A DNA stretch of 60,583 nucleotides, taken from NCBI GenBank assembly GCA_031431875.1, contig JANPEF010000017.1, positions 1 to 60,583 on the forward strand. The letters run 5' to 3'. Positions 30,562 to 39,644 of this stretch are shown here, one piece after another. Each line of letters starts with the position of its first letter. Positions within the stretch are counted from its first letter, which is position 1. The notes beneath the pieces are model-generated. The model made no database searches, was not told the origin of the DNA, and worked only from the letters and a program-made list of their open reading frames with translations. This stretch comes from Candidatus Eiseniibacteriota bacterium (GTDB taxonomy: Bacteria; Eisenbacteria; RBG-16-71-46; DASYSL01). Made by a program: the position numbers and the translations under genes.

Positions 30562-31809
30562 ATGGGCAATGATGGCGCGACCTCCACCCTCCGCCCGTAC
30601 TTCGACGATCCCTACACCACCGTGTTCGAGGCCACGGTCGCCGCCGAGCGCATCGACGCGCGCGGCCGCTGGGTCGAGCTCGAGCGCTCGTGGTTCTACC
30701 CGACCGGGGGCGGCCAGGAGTGCGACCTGGGCACGCTCGGCGCGGCCGCGGTGATCGACGTCGAGGAGGACGAGGCGGGCACCGTGTGGCATCTGCTGGC
30801 GCCGGACGTGGCGGGCCCCGCGGTTGGCGCGAGTGCGCCTGCGACGATCAACGCGATCCGCCGGCAGGGCAACCGCCAGCAGCACACCGGGCAGCACGTG
30901 TTGTCGCAGGCGTTCGAGCGCGTGCTCGGCGCGGAAACGAAGTCATCGCGCCTTGGCGAGTTCGAGGGCTCGATCGACCTCGATCGCGCCGACCTGACCT
31001 GGGACGACGTCGCGCGCGTCGAGGACGCGGCGAACGCGATCGTGTTCGACGATCGCCCCGTGACGTCGATCGTCGTCCAGCCCGTCGACCTGGCCGCATA
31101 TCCGCTGCGCAAGACGCCCAGGGTCGCCGGCCCCGTGCGCCTGATCGTCGTGCCCGACTGGGACGCCTCGCCGTGCGGCGGCACGCACGTGACGCGCACC
31201 GGCGAGATCGGCCCGATCAAGGTCCGCCGCTGGGAGAAGTGGAAGGGCGGCGTGCGCGTCGAGTTCGTCTGCGGCCTGCGCGCAATCGCCGACTACCAGG
31301 ACCGCGTGCGCGCCATGGTCGAGGCGGCACAACGTCGCGGCACGGGCGACCGCGACGTGATCGCGGTGCTCGAGCGCGCGGCCGACGAGCGCGTGGCGCT
31401 GGGCAAGCAACTGAAGCGCATGGGCGAGGAGCTGGCGCGCGCCGAGGCTGCGGCGTGGGCGGCGCGGCGGGCTGCTTCTGTTGCCGTTGGCGCGGGCGAT
31501 GCGTCGGCCGGCTGGGCGGATCTCGTGTCCGATCGCGACTCGGCCGCGCTCAAGGCGCTCGCCGTTCGCGCGATCGAAGCCGGTGCGCCGCTCGTCGTCG
31601 TCGCCACGCGCGCACCCGAGCCGGTGCTCGTCGTCGCCCGCCGCCGCGACCTGCCCGGGCTCGACCTGCGAACCATCGCGCCGGATCTCATCGCGGCGTC
31701 CGAGGGCAAGGGCGGCGGTGGTCCGGATCTCCTGACGGTGGTCGCGGCGCATGCGACGGGGCTCGAGGTGGCGTATGCGCTGGCTTGTGGGAAGACGGGG
31801 GCGGGTTGA
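30562..31809 (+). CDS. AlaX-type alanyl-tRNA editing protein with DHHA1 domain
   Basis: FYPTGGGQ..D.G, HTGQH, CGGTHV..TGEIG and GKGGG motifs; GGAG RBS. Confidence 0.88.
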   Translation: MGNDGATSTLRPYFDDPYTTVFEATVAAERIDARGRWVELERSWFYPTGGGQECDLGTLGAAAVIDVEEDEAGTVWHLLAPDVAGPAVGASAPATINAIRRQGNRQQHTGQHVLSQAFERVLGAETKSSRLGEFEGSIDLDRADLTWDDVARVEDAANAIVFDDRPVTSIVVQPVDLAAYPLRKTPRVAGPVRLIVVPDWDASPCGGTHVTRTGEIGPIKVRRWEKWKGGVRVEFVCGLRAIADYQDRVRAMVEAAQRRGTGDRDVIAVLERAADERVALGKQLKRMGEELARAEAAAWAARRAASVAVGAGDASAGWADLVSDRDSAALKALAVRAIEAGAPLVVVATRAPEPVLVVARRRDLPGLDLRTIAPDLIAASEGKGGGGPDLLTVVAAHATGLEVAYALACGKTGAG

Positions 31810-32669
31810 GGGTTGCCCGTCGATGGATAGCCGCTACGGCCGTGATCCTCGGCACTCTCGTGACCGTGGCGACCGGGCATGGGGAGCTGCGACACGTTGT
31901 GTATCCCACACGCCCACTCGACGGCATCGAGGCCTACGAAGCTCTGGTCGACGATTCACAACTCCTGTTGATCGCGCGTGTCATTCGCGTCGACTCCACG
32001 ACCGTGCCGGTCCCGGAGTTTCCAGAACTCACTCGGCGACGGTGCCTGCTCGAGCCCGTCGAGTGGCTCCACGGCGGACTCGATGGCGACGAAGTCGAGG
32101 TGTTTTTCGTGGATAAAGGGATTTCCGATGTCCGCCACTTCAGATCGTGGCCCTCGCTTGCGGGCATCGACTCGCTGGGAGTGCTCGTTCGGCTGCATCG
32201 AATCGGCAGCGATTGGACCGTCATGCCGTGGTTTCGGATTCTCCCCCAGCGTTCCATCAAGGCCGTGCGGGATTCGATCGTCCACGCCCGTGAACGCACC
32301 GGGATCGACTCACTCGCCGCGCGCGCCGATTTGATCGTCGTCGTGGCGGATTCCACGCACATCGTGAAACGAGCGAAGCTGGACAGCGGCGTCGTTCGAG
32401 TGGTCCGTCGGCTCAAGGGCGAGGATTCTTCTCCCCAGATCTCCATCCGGCCTTGGCAGCAGTTTCGTTGCGCTGCGAGGGAGGTCGTCTTCCTGAAACG
32501 CATCGGCCCCGCGCTCTACGAGCCACTGCCATTCCACTCTTCGTCGCCACCCGAGTTCAACGATGGGGACTCGGAGTGGGAGCGCCAGCCGTTCGCCACG
32601 GAGACCGCGGTTCGCCGGGCGCTCAAGCGGATTGGCACGGCCCGCGCCGGAAAGCCCGAACAGCACTGA
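31806..32669 (+). CDS. hypothetical secreted protein with an apparent internal duplication
   Basis: signal-like N-terminus; two similar segments LVDDSQLLLIARV and LAARADLIVVVA; TTG overlapping the alaX stop. Confidence 0.5.
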   Translation: MRVARRWIAATAVILGTLVTVATGHGELRHVVYPTRPLDGIEAYEALVDDSQLLLIARVIRVDSTTVPVPEFPELTRRRCLLEPVEWLHGGLDGDEVEVFFVDKGISDVRHFRSWPSLAGIDSLGVLVRLHRIGSDWTVMPWFRILPQRSIKAVRDSIVHARERTGIDSLAARADLIVVVADSTHIVKRAKLDSGVVRVVRRLKGEDSSPQISIRPWQQFRCAAREVVFLKRIGPALYEPLPFHSSSPPEFNDGDSEWERQPFATETAVRRALKRIGTARAGKPEQH

Positions 32670-32683
32670 TCCCGCCGGACCGG

Positions 32684-32725
32684 ATGTGCAGAATCACATG
32701 CCCCAGGGCATGTCGATTTGCACAT
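32684..32725. terminator. hairpin between convergent genes (possible bidirectional terminator)
   Basis: ATGTGCA-G-AATC-ACATGCC/CCAG/GGCATGT-C-GATT-TGCACAT. Confidence 0.5.
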
Positions 32726-32739
32726 TCGTGAACGACCGG

Positions 32740-33609
32740 TCACCGCGCTGCGCGCGCGTAGCCCTTCGTCTGGCACTTTCCGCAGTAAAACGTCGATCGC
32801 CCGCCCTGCACGATCCGCTTCACCGTCGCACCGCAGCGTACGCACGCCTTGCCCTCGCGGTCGTAGACCGTGAGCTCGCTGCCGTACGAGCCCGGGCGCT
32901 CGTCGAGGTCGCGGAAGTCCGAGAACGTCGTACCGCGGTGCTCGACGGCGCGATCGAGCACGGCGTGGATCTCGTCGGCCAGACGTGTGCGCTCGGCGGC
33001 GTCGAGCGTGTGCATGCCGCGACGCGGGCCGATGCCGGCGCGGAACAGCGCCTCGGAGGCGTAGATGTTGCCGATGCCGGCGATCCGCTTCTGGTCGAGC
33101 AGCAGCGTCTTCACGGGGCCGCGACAGCGCGCGAACAGCGCCTTCATGCGCGTGGCGTCGAGCCTCTCGACCATCGGGTCGAGGCCCGCTCCGGTGGGGC
33201 CGAGGCCGTCGTCGGTCGCGCCGGCGGCCACCCAGTCGAGCAGGCCGAAGCGCCGCGCGTCCTCGTACCAGAGCTGCGCGCCGTCTTCGAACGTGAACAC
33301 GACGTGCACGTGCGCGGGGCGGGCCGATCTGGTGGCGGTCGCGGCCGCCGCCTCCGCGCTGCGCAACAGGAACGCGCCGGTCATCCCCAGGTGCCCGACG
33401 ATGCGCGCACCGCCGTCCAGGTCGAGGATCAGGAACTTGCCGTGGCGGCGCACGCCCGCGATGGTGCGGCCCGCCGCGCCGCGCACGAGCGCACGCGGGA
33501 CCGGACGGCGCAGCGACTTCCCCGAGGTCCACACGGTGGCGACGGTGCGGCCCACGACGTGGCGCTCGAGGTGGCGGCGGACGGTCTCGACTTCGGGGAG
33601 TTCGGGCAT
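32740..33609 (-). CDS. mutM: formamidopyrimidine-DNA glycosylase
   Basis: MPELPEVET, RHGKFL, HLGMTG, GIGNIYASE and C-terminal zinc finger. Confidence 0.96.
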   Translation of the reverse strand: MPELPEVETVRRHLERHVVGRTVATVWTSGKSLRRPVPRALVRGAAGRTIAGVRRHGKFLILDLDGGARIVGHLGMTGAFLLRSAEAAAATATRSARPAHVHVVFTFEDGAQLWYEDARRFGLLDWVAAGATDDGLGPTGAGLDPMVERLDATRMKALFARCRGPVKTLLLDQKRIAGIGNIYASEALFRAGIGPRRGMHTLDAAERTRLADEIHAVLDRAVEHRGTTFSDFRDLDERPGSYGSELTVYDREGKACVRCGATVKRIVQGGRSTFYCGKCQTKGYARAAR

Positions 33610-33686
33610 GGCGCGACGCTAGGGGGCGGGCCGCGGCTTGTAAAGACGCGTTGCGGGCAGGGGGTGTCGGTGCTGTACTCGTCGCC

Positions 33687-34385
33687 ATGACGGCGCACGG
33701 GGTATTTGCGGGGTTGGCGGTGCTCGCGGCCTGGTTGGTCGCCCCGTCGTTTGCAGGGGCGCTTTCCTCGTCGCACTCGCCTCTCGACCCCGTTCGTCTC
33801 GCCGCCGATTTCGCGCCGGAAGCCCCGGGCCCGCTCGACGTCATCCCGTTCGAGGTCGAGGCCGCCGAGGCGACGGCCGATTCCGCGAGCAGCCCCACCG
33901 ACTCGATTCCGTCCGCGACGGCACCCGGGGATGGCGAGGCGAACCCACCCCTCGCGCCGAAGCCGCCCGCCGCCGACCCCCAGCCGCCGGTCGTGGGTCC
34001 CATCGTTGGCGCGATCGTCGGCGGTGCCGTCGGGTTGTACGGCGGGGCCGGTCTCTCGCTCGCGCTCTTCGGCGGGGACGAGTACAGCAGCAACGACTAC
34101 GAGGACATCGCCGCCGTCGTCCTCGGCGCGACCGTCGGCGAGGTCTTCCTCATGCCGGCCGGGGCGCACCTCGGCAACGGGGGCAGGGGGTCGTACTGGT
34201 CGGCGCTGGGCGGCTCCGCCCTCGGATTCCTGGCGACGCTGGGTCTCAGCTACCTCGGACCCGCGGGAGCGATCGCGGGCGTCGGACTCCAGGTGGTGCT
34301 CACGGTCTCCGGCGAGCGGCGCAGCGCAAACCGGAAGGCAGCCGAGCGCGCCGCGCTCGAGCGAGGAGCGTCGCCGTCGCCCTGA
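33687..34385 (+). CDS. hypothetical membrane protein with glycine-zipper helices
   Basis: signal-like N-terminus, Pro-rich linker, GAIVGGAVG and GGSALG helices. Confidence 0.55.
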   Translation: MTAHGVFAGLAVLAAWLVAPSFAGALSSSHSPLDPVRLAADFAPEAPGPLDVIPFEVEAAEATADSASSPTDSIPSATAPGDGEANPPLAPKPPAADPQPPVVGPIVGAIVGGAVGLYGGAGLSLALFGGDEYSSNDYEDIAAVVLGATVGEVFLMPAGAHLGNGGRGSYWSALGGSALGFLATLGLSYLGPAGAIAGVGLQVVLTVSGERRSANRKAAERAALERGASPSP

Positions 34386-34446
34386 TCGCGGGCCGCGCCT
34401 GCCCCGGGCCTTGCCCGGGTGCGCCTCGTCTGTCACATTGCGGGCG

Positions 34447-35421
34447 ATGAGCGCGACGGATCGCACTTCCTCTTCCGAGCCGCACAAGACCGCGCCCGAC
34501 CGCGCGACGTTCGACGAGATCGCGCGTCTGGCGACCGAGCAGCGCAATCCCCGCACCATGGACCTGGATCGCCTCTCCACGCTCGACGTGCTCACCCGCA
34601 TCAACGACGAGGATCGCACCGTCGCGGACGTCGTCCGCGGCGAGATCGCGCACATCGCCGCGGCCGTCGAGATCGCCGTCGCCACGTTGACCGCGGGCGG
34701 GCGCATCCTCTACGTCGGTGCGGGCACGAGCGGGCGCCTGGGCGTGCTCGACGCGTCGGAATGCCCGCCCACGTTCGGCACGCCGCCCGAGTGGGTGCAG
34801 GGGATCATCGCCGGCGGCTACGGTGCGCTGCTGCAGGCCGTCGAGGGTGCCGAGGACAGGGCCGACGACGGGGCCGAGCAGATGCGCCGCGCCCGCGTCG
34901 AGCCGCGCGACTTCGTCGTGGGGATCGCCGCCTCGCGGCGCACGCCGTTCGTCGTCGGCGCGCTGACCGAAGCGAAGGCGCTCGGCGCGCGCACCGCGCT
35001 CGTCACGTGCACGCCGCGCGCGGAGGTGACGCAGCCGGTCGACGTCGCGATCTGCCCCGTCGTCGGGCCCGAGGCGGTCATGGGCTCGACGCGCATGAAG
35101 GCGGGCACCGCGCAGAAGCTGGTGCTCAACATGCTGACCACCGCGACGATGGTGCGCCTGGGCAAGCTCTACGAGAACATGATGGTCGACCTCAAGGCGA
35201 CCAGCAAGAAGCTGGTCGAGCGGGGCCGTCGCACGCTGATGACAGTGACCGGGCTCGACTACGACGCGGCGTGCGTGCGCCTCGACGAGGCCGAGGGCAG
35301 CGTCAAGGTCGCCGTCGTCATGACGCTCGCGAACGTGCCGGCCGACGAGGCCCGCGCGCGCATCGAGCTAGCCGGAGGCTTCGTTCGCGCAGCGATTCAG
35401 AACGAGGGAGGCACATCGTGA
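34447..35421 (+). CDS. murQ: N-acetylmuramic acid 6-phosphate etherase
   Basis: TEQRNP, GAGTSGRLGVLDASECPPTF and GSTRMKAGTAQKLVLNM motifs. Confidence 0.96.
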   Translation: MSATDRTSSSEPHKTAPDRATFDEIARLATEQRNPRTMDLDRLSTLDVLTRINDEDRTVADVVRGEIAHIAAAVEIAVATLTAGGRILYVGAGTSGRLGVLDASECPPTFGTPPEWVQGIIAGGYGALLQAVEGAEDRADDGAEQMRRARVEPRDFVVGIAASRRTPFVVGALTEAKALGARTALVTCTPRAEVTQPVDVAICPVVGPEAVMGSTRMKAGTAQKLVLNMLTTATMVRLGKLYENMMVDLKATSKKLVERGRRTLMTVTGLDYDAACVRLDEAEGSVKVAVVMTLANVPADEARARIELAGGFVRAAIQNEGGTS

Positions 35422-36677
35422 TTCTCGCGCGTCGTGTCGCGCTGCTTGGGCTTGTGCTGGTGTGCTCCGTGCTCGCTTCAGTCGGATGCGGTTCGGGCGG
35501 TTCGGCCGGTCAGGCTGGCCGAACCGTAGTCATCTTCTGGCAGTTCTTCCCGACCGAGCAGGTACAGCCCGTCCTCGACGAGTTCATGAAGCAGAATCCC
35601 GACATCGAAGTCCGCATGGAGCAGCTCACCTGGCAGAGCGGCCTCGAGAAGATCACCGCCGCCGTCGCGGCCGGCAACGCGCCCGACCTGTGCGAGTTGG
35701 GCTCGACGTGGTTCCCGGGCTTCGCGCACGGGGGCGCACTGGCCGACTGGAGCGACTCGGCCGCGGCGCTCGAGACTTCGCTCACCGGCTGGGACATGGC
35801 GCGCGTGAAGGGGAAGACCTACGGCCTGCCGTGGCTCGTCGGCACGCGCGCGCTGTTCTGGAACAAGGAGCTGTTCGCCCGCGCCGGCATCGACACGACG
35901 CGCGGTCCCTCGACGTGGGCCGAACTCACCGACGCCGCACGCAAGGTCAACGCGCTGGGGGATGGCGTCGCCGGCTGGGGCGCGAACGCCGGCGAGCGCT
36001 ACGTGCTGTTCAAGAAGGTGATGCCGTTCGCGTGGGGCGCCGGTGGCTCGCTCCTGAGCGCCGACGGAACCGCGAGTGCGTTCGACTCGCCGGCGAACGT
36101 CGAAGGCGTGACGCAGTACCTGGCATTGGCGAAGCTCGGGCGCGTCGACCGGCAGGAGCAGATTGACGACGCGTTCCTTGCCGGCAAGGTGGGGGCGACA
36201 ATCTCGGGTTCGTGGATCCTGCGCAAGGCGCCCAAGCAGGAGCCGGCGCTGCGCTTCGGCGTGTCGCTCGTGCCGCCGCCTGAGCTTGATCGCGGGACGT
36301 CGGCGTCGTTCCTCGGCGGCGAGCTGCTGGTGTCGTTCGCGAAGTCGAAGAACCAGGCGGGCGCATGGCGGCTGGCGAAGTTCCTGGTCTCGAAAGAACC
36401 CTCTCTCGCTGTCGCTCGAGTGAATCAAGCCGTCCAGCCCGCGGCGGTGGGCGCGATCGACGATCCGTTCTACGCGAGTGACCCCAACCAGCGCGTGCTC
36501 CTCGAGCAACTCGCGACCGCGGTGCCCACGCCGAACCACCCGAAGTGGCTCGATATGGAGGCCGCGATCGAGGACGAGGTCGAGAAGGCGCTCTACGGCA
36601 AGGTGACCGCGGCGGCGGCCGTGACCGCGGCAAGTGCGAAGATCGACGCGTTGGCGAAGGCGGCACAGGCGAAGTGA
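35418..36677 (+). CDS. carbohydrate ABC transporter substrate-binding lipoprotein
   Basis: lipobox-like SVGC; GNAPDL, YGLPW..GTRALFWNKELF. Confidence 0.88.
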   Translation: MILARRVALLGLVLVCSVLASVGCGSGGSAGQAGRTVVIFWQFFPTEQVQPVLDEFMKQNPDIEVRMEQLTWQSGLEKITAAVAAGNAPDLCELGSTWFPGFAHGGALADWSDSAAALETSLTGWDMARVKGKTYGLPWLVGTRALFWNKELFARAGIDTTRGPSTWAELTDAARKVNALGDGVAGWGANAGERYVLFKKVMPFAWGAGGSLLSADGTASAFDSPANVEGVTQYLALAKLGRVDRQEQIDDAFLAGKVGATISGSWILRKAPKQEPALRFGVSLVPPPELDRGTSASFLGGELLVSFAKSKNQAGAWRLAKFLVSKEPSLAVARVNQAVQPAAVGAIDDPFYASDPNQRVLLEQLATAVPTPNHPKWLDMEAAIEDEVEKALYGKVTAAAAVTAASAKIDALAKAAQAK

Positions 36678-37573
36678 GCGCGCCGGCGGCCGTGCGGCGC
36701 AAGCCTCGGAAAGTCGAGGCGTCGACCTGGATCCTGCTCGCGCCGTGGATCGTGGCGCTGTTGTTCTTCGGCGTCTACCCGTTCGGGTTCTCGTTCGTCC
36801 TCTCGTTCTTCGACTACTCGCCGCTGTCGCCCGACTCGGCGCGCTTCCTCGGCCTCGCCAACTATGCCGAGGCGCTGCGCGACCCCTTGTTCTGGAAGGC
36901 GCTCGGCAACACGCTCCTCTTCGTCTTCGGCACGATCCCGTTCACGACCGGCCTCGCGCTCCTGCTCGCGCTCGCGCTCGATGGCGCGTTCCGCGGCCGC
37001 GACCTGTACCGCGCCGGGTTCTTCCTGCCGACGGTGGTCTCGGTCGTCGTGATCAGCCTGGTCTGGAAGGGGCTGTACTCGCCCGAGGGGCCGCTGTCGT
37101 GGCTCGTGCGCGCGTTTGGCGGCACGCCGCCATCGTGGCTGCTCGACGAACGGACCGCGCTGCCGGCGATCATGGCGATGGACGTGTGGGCGGCATCGGG
37201 CTACTACATGATCATCTTCCTCGCGGGCCTCAAGGGCATCCCAGTCGAGCTGCACGAGGCCGCAGCACTGGAGGGCGCCAGCCGCAGCGACCGCTTCTGG
37301 CACATCACGCTGCCGTTGCTCGCGCCGACATTCCTGTTCGTGCTGGTGGTCAACAGCATCCGCAGCCTCCAGATCTTCACCGAGGTGTTCGTCATGACGC
37401 GCGGCGGGCCGCTGCAATCGACGCTCACGTCGGTGTTCTATCTCTACGAGCAGGCGTTCTACAAGTTCCGGCTCGGCTACGCGTCGTCGATCGCGTACCT
37501 GTTGTTCGCGCTGACGCTGGTGCTGGCGTGGCTGCAGGTGAAGTGGCTGAAGCTCGAAGGGCCGAAGTCATGA
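36674..37573 (+). CDS. carbohydrate ABC transporter permease
   Basis: GLANY, FWKAL.NT and EAA motif (EAAALEGA..FWHITLPLL). Confidence 0.92.
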   Translation: MSAPAAVRRKPRKVEASTWILLAPWIVALLFFGVYPFGFSFVLSFFDYSPLSPDSARFLGLANYAEALRDPLFWKALGNTLLFVFGTIPFTTGLALLLALALDGAFRGRDLYRAGFFLPTVVSVVVISLVWKGLYSPEGPLSWLVRAFGGTPPSWLLDERTALPAIMAMDVWAASGYYMIIFLAGLKGIPVELHEAAALEGASRSDRFWHITLPLLAPTFLFVLVVNSIRSLQIFTEVFVMTRGGPLQSTLTSVFYLYEQAFYKFRLGYASSIAYLLFALTLVLAWLQVKWLKLEGPKS

Positions 37574-38424
37574 GCGCGCACGCGACCGGCCGGCGCCACG
37601 ATGCGATCGGGGGCGTTCCCGGCTTCGTGCCGTGGCTGCTCCTCCCCGCGCTGGCGACGATGCTCGTCCCGTTCGCGTGGATGGTGTTCCTGTCGCTGCA
37701 GCCGGGCGCGGGCGGGCAGCTCGATGCTTCGCGGATTGCCGACGCGAAGTTCGACCTCGTGCATTACCGCGAGCTATTGGCCGCCGGTGCATTCCCGCGC
37801 TACCTGCTCAACTCGATCGTCGTCGCGCTGGCGGTCGTGTTCGGCAACGTGCTGACCGGCGCCATGGTGGGCTACGCCCTGGCGCGCAAGCGCTTCCCTG
37901 GCAACCGCGCGCTCACGTGGGGCGTCATCGCCACGCTGATGGTGCCCAAGCAGGTGCTCATGATCCCGCTGTACCTTGTGCTGGCCAGGCTGGGCTGGCT
38001 CGACACGTACGCGGCGCTCATCCTGCCGTTCTTCGTCGACGCGTTCTCGATCTTCCTCGTCCGCCAGTACGTGCTCGCGCTGCCGGCCGAGCTCGAGGAC
38101 GCCGCACGCGTCGACGGCGCATCGGAACTGCGCATCTTCGCCACGATCGTGCTGCCGCTCCTGCGTCCGGCGCTCGCGGTGGTCGCCATCAACGGCTTCC
38201 TGCTCAACTGGAACTCGTTCCTGTTCCCCCTCATCTTCACCAACTCCGACGCGTTGCGCACGCTCCCGGTGGGCCTGGCGCTGTTCGCGCAGGGCGAGCA
38301 CGCGACCGACTGGGGGCTTCTCATGGCCGGCTCGACCGTGTCGGTGCTGCCGATGCTCGCGGCGTTCCTGCTGTTCCAGCGCCAGATCCTCGAGGGCATG
38401 ACCGCCGGGGCGGAGAAGGGATGA
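37570..38424 (+). CDS. carbohydrate ABC transporter permease
   Basis: LLNS, GYALAR..FPG and ELEDAARVDGA motif. Confidence 0.92.
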   Translation: MSAHATGRRHDAIGGVPGFVPWLLLPALATMLVPFAWMVFLSLQPGAGGQLDASRIADAKFDLVHYRELLAAGAFPRYLLNSIVVALAVVFGNVLTGAMVGYALARKRFPGNRALTWGVIATLMVPKQVLMIPLYLVLARLGWLDTYAALILPFFVDAFSIFLVRQYVLALPAELEDAARVDGASELRIFATIVLPLLRPALAVVAINGFLLNWNSFLFPLIFTNSDALRTLPVGLALFAQGEHATDWGLLMAGSTVSVLPMLAAFLLFQRQILEGMTAGAEKG

Positions 38425-39644
38425 GCCCGCGCGTGCCCGGCGCCCGGGCGTCCCGCGAGGGTCGGAGCGAGTTCGTCGTCGGCCTCATGTGCGGCACGTC
38501 GGCCGACGGCATCGAGGCGGCACTCCTGTCGCTGCGCGGTGCGCCGCCCGAGCTCGCGTGGAAGCTGCGCGCGCACCGCTCGTTCCCGCTCGAGCGTGCG
38601 CTGCGCGAGCGCATCCTCGCAGCGGCCGGTGGCGCCGCGTGGCCCGCGGCCGAGTTCGCCGCACTCGATGCGGCGATCGCCGAGGTGCACGCTGCCGCCG
38701 TGCTCGACCTGCTGGCCGACGCCGAAGTCGCGCCCCAGCAGGTCTCGGCGATCGGCTTCCACGGGCAGACGATCTTCCACCGCGGGCCGCGCGACGCCTC
38801 CGCGCGGGGTGCGGGCCTCACGTGGCAGATCGGCTCGGCGGCGATCCTGGCCGAGCGCACGCGCATCCGCGTCGTCCACGACTTCCGGAGCGCCGACGTC
38901 GCCGCCGGCGGCGAGGGTGCGCCACTGGTGCCGCTCGTCGACTGGCTCATGTTCGTGAGCGCGCACGTGCCGCGCGCCCTGCTGAACCTGGGCGGCATCG
39001 CGAACCTGACCGCCATGCCGGCCGGCGCGGAGCCGAAGGAAGTGATCGCGTTCGACACCGGCCCGGCGAACATGCTGCTCGATGGAATCGTGCGCCGCTC
39101 GACCGGCGGCAAGCTGGCCTACGACGAGGACGGCGCGCGCGCCGAAGGTGGCGCGATCGACGAGGCGCTCCTGGCCGAGGCGCTGGCCGATCCGTTCTTC
39201 CGCCAGGCCCCGCCGCGCTCGACCGGACGCGAGCGCTTCGGCGCTGTGTTCCTCGATCGCTGGTTCGCCGAGGCCGAGACCCGCAATCTCCGCGAGGCCG
39301 ACCTGCTGGTGACTGCCGCGGTGCTGTCGGCGGCCGCGGTCGCGCAATCGATCGATGCGTTCGTCACCCCTGCCATGGAATTGACGCACGTGTATGCCAG
39401 CGGCGGGGGCACGCTCAACCCGGTGCTCATGGCCGCGCTCGCCGCCGCGCTCGATCCGATCGAGCTCAAGACGACCGACGAGCTGGGCCTCGACGTCGCG
39501 GCCAAGGAGGCCGCCGCGTTCGCGGTGCTCGCCTACGAATCGTTGCACGGACGCCCCGGCAGCCTGCCCGACGTGACCGGGGCGAGCGTCCCGGTCGTCC
39601 TCGGTTCGGTCACGCTGGGGCCCGTGGCCCGGGAGTATGAGTGA
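38421..39644 (+). CDS. anmK: anhydro-N-acetylmuramic acid kinase
   Basis: GLMCGTSADG, HGQTIFH, DFR.AD.AAGGEGAPLVP, NLGGIAN, FDTGPAN and KEAAAFA motifs. Confidence 0.93.
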   Translation: MSPRVPGARASREGRSEFVVGLMCGTSADGIEAALLSLRGAPPELAWKLRAHRSFPLERALRERILAAAGGAAWPAAEFAALDAAIAEVHAAAVLDLLADAEVAPQQVSAIGFHGQTIFHRGPRDASARGAGLTWQIGSAAILAERTRIRVVHDFRSADVAAGGEGAPLVPLVDWLMFVSAHVPRALLNLGGIANLTAMPAGAEPKEVIAFDTGPANMLLDGIVRRSTGGKLAYDEDGARAEGGAIDEALLAEALADPFFRQAPPRSTGRERFGAVFLDRWFAEAETRNLREADLLVTAAVLSAAAVAQSIDAFVTPAMELTHVYASGGGTLNPVLMAALAAALDPIELKTTDELGLDVAAKEAAAFAVLAYESLHGRPGSLPDVTGASVPVVLGSVTLGPVAREYE

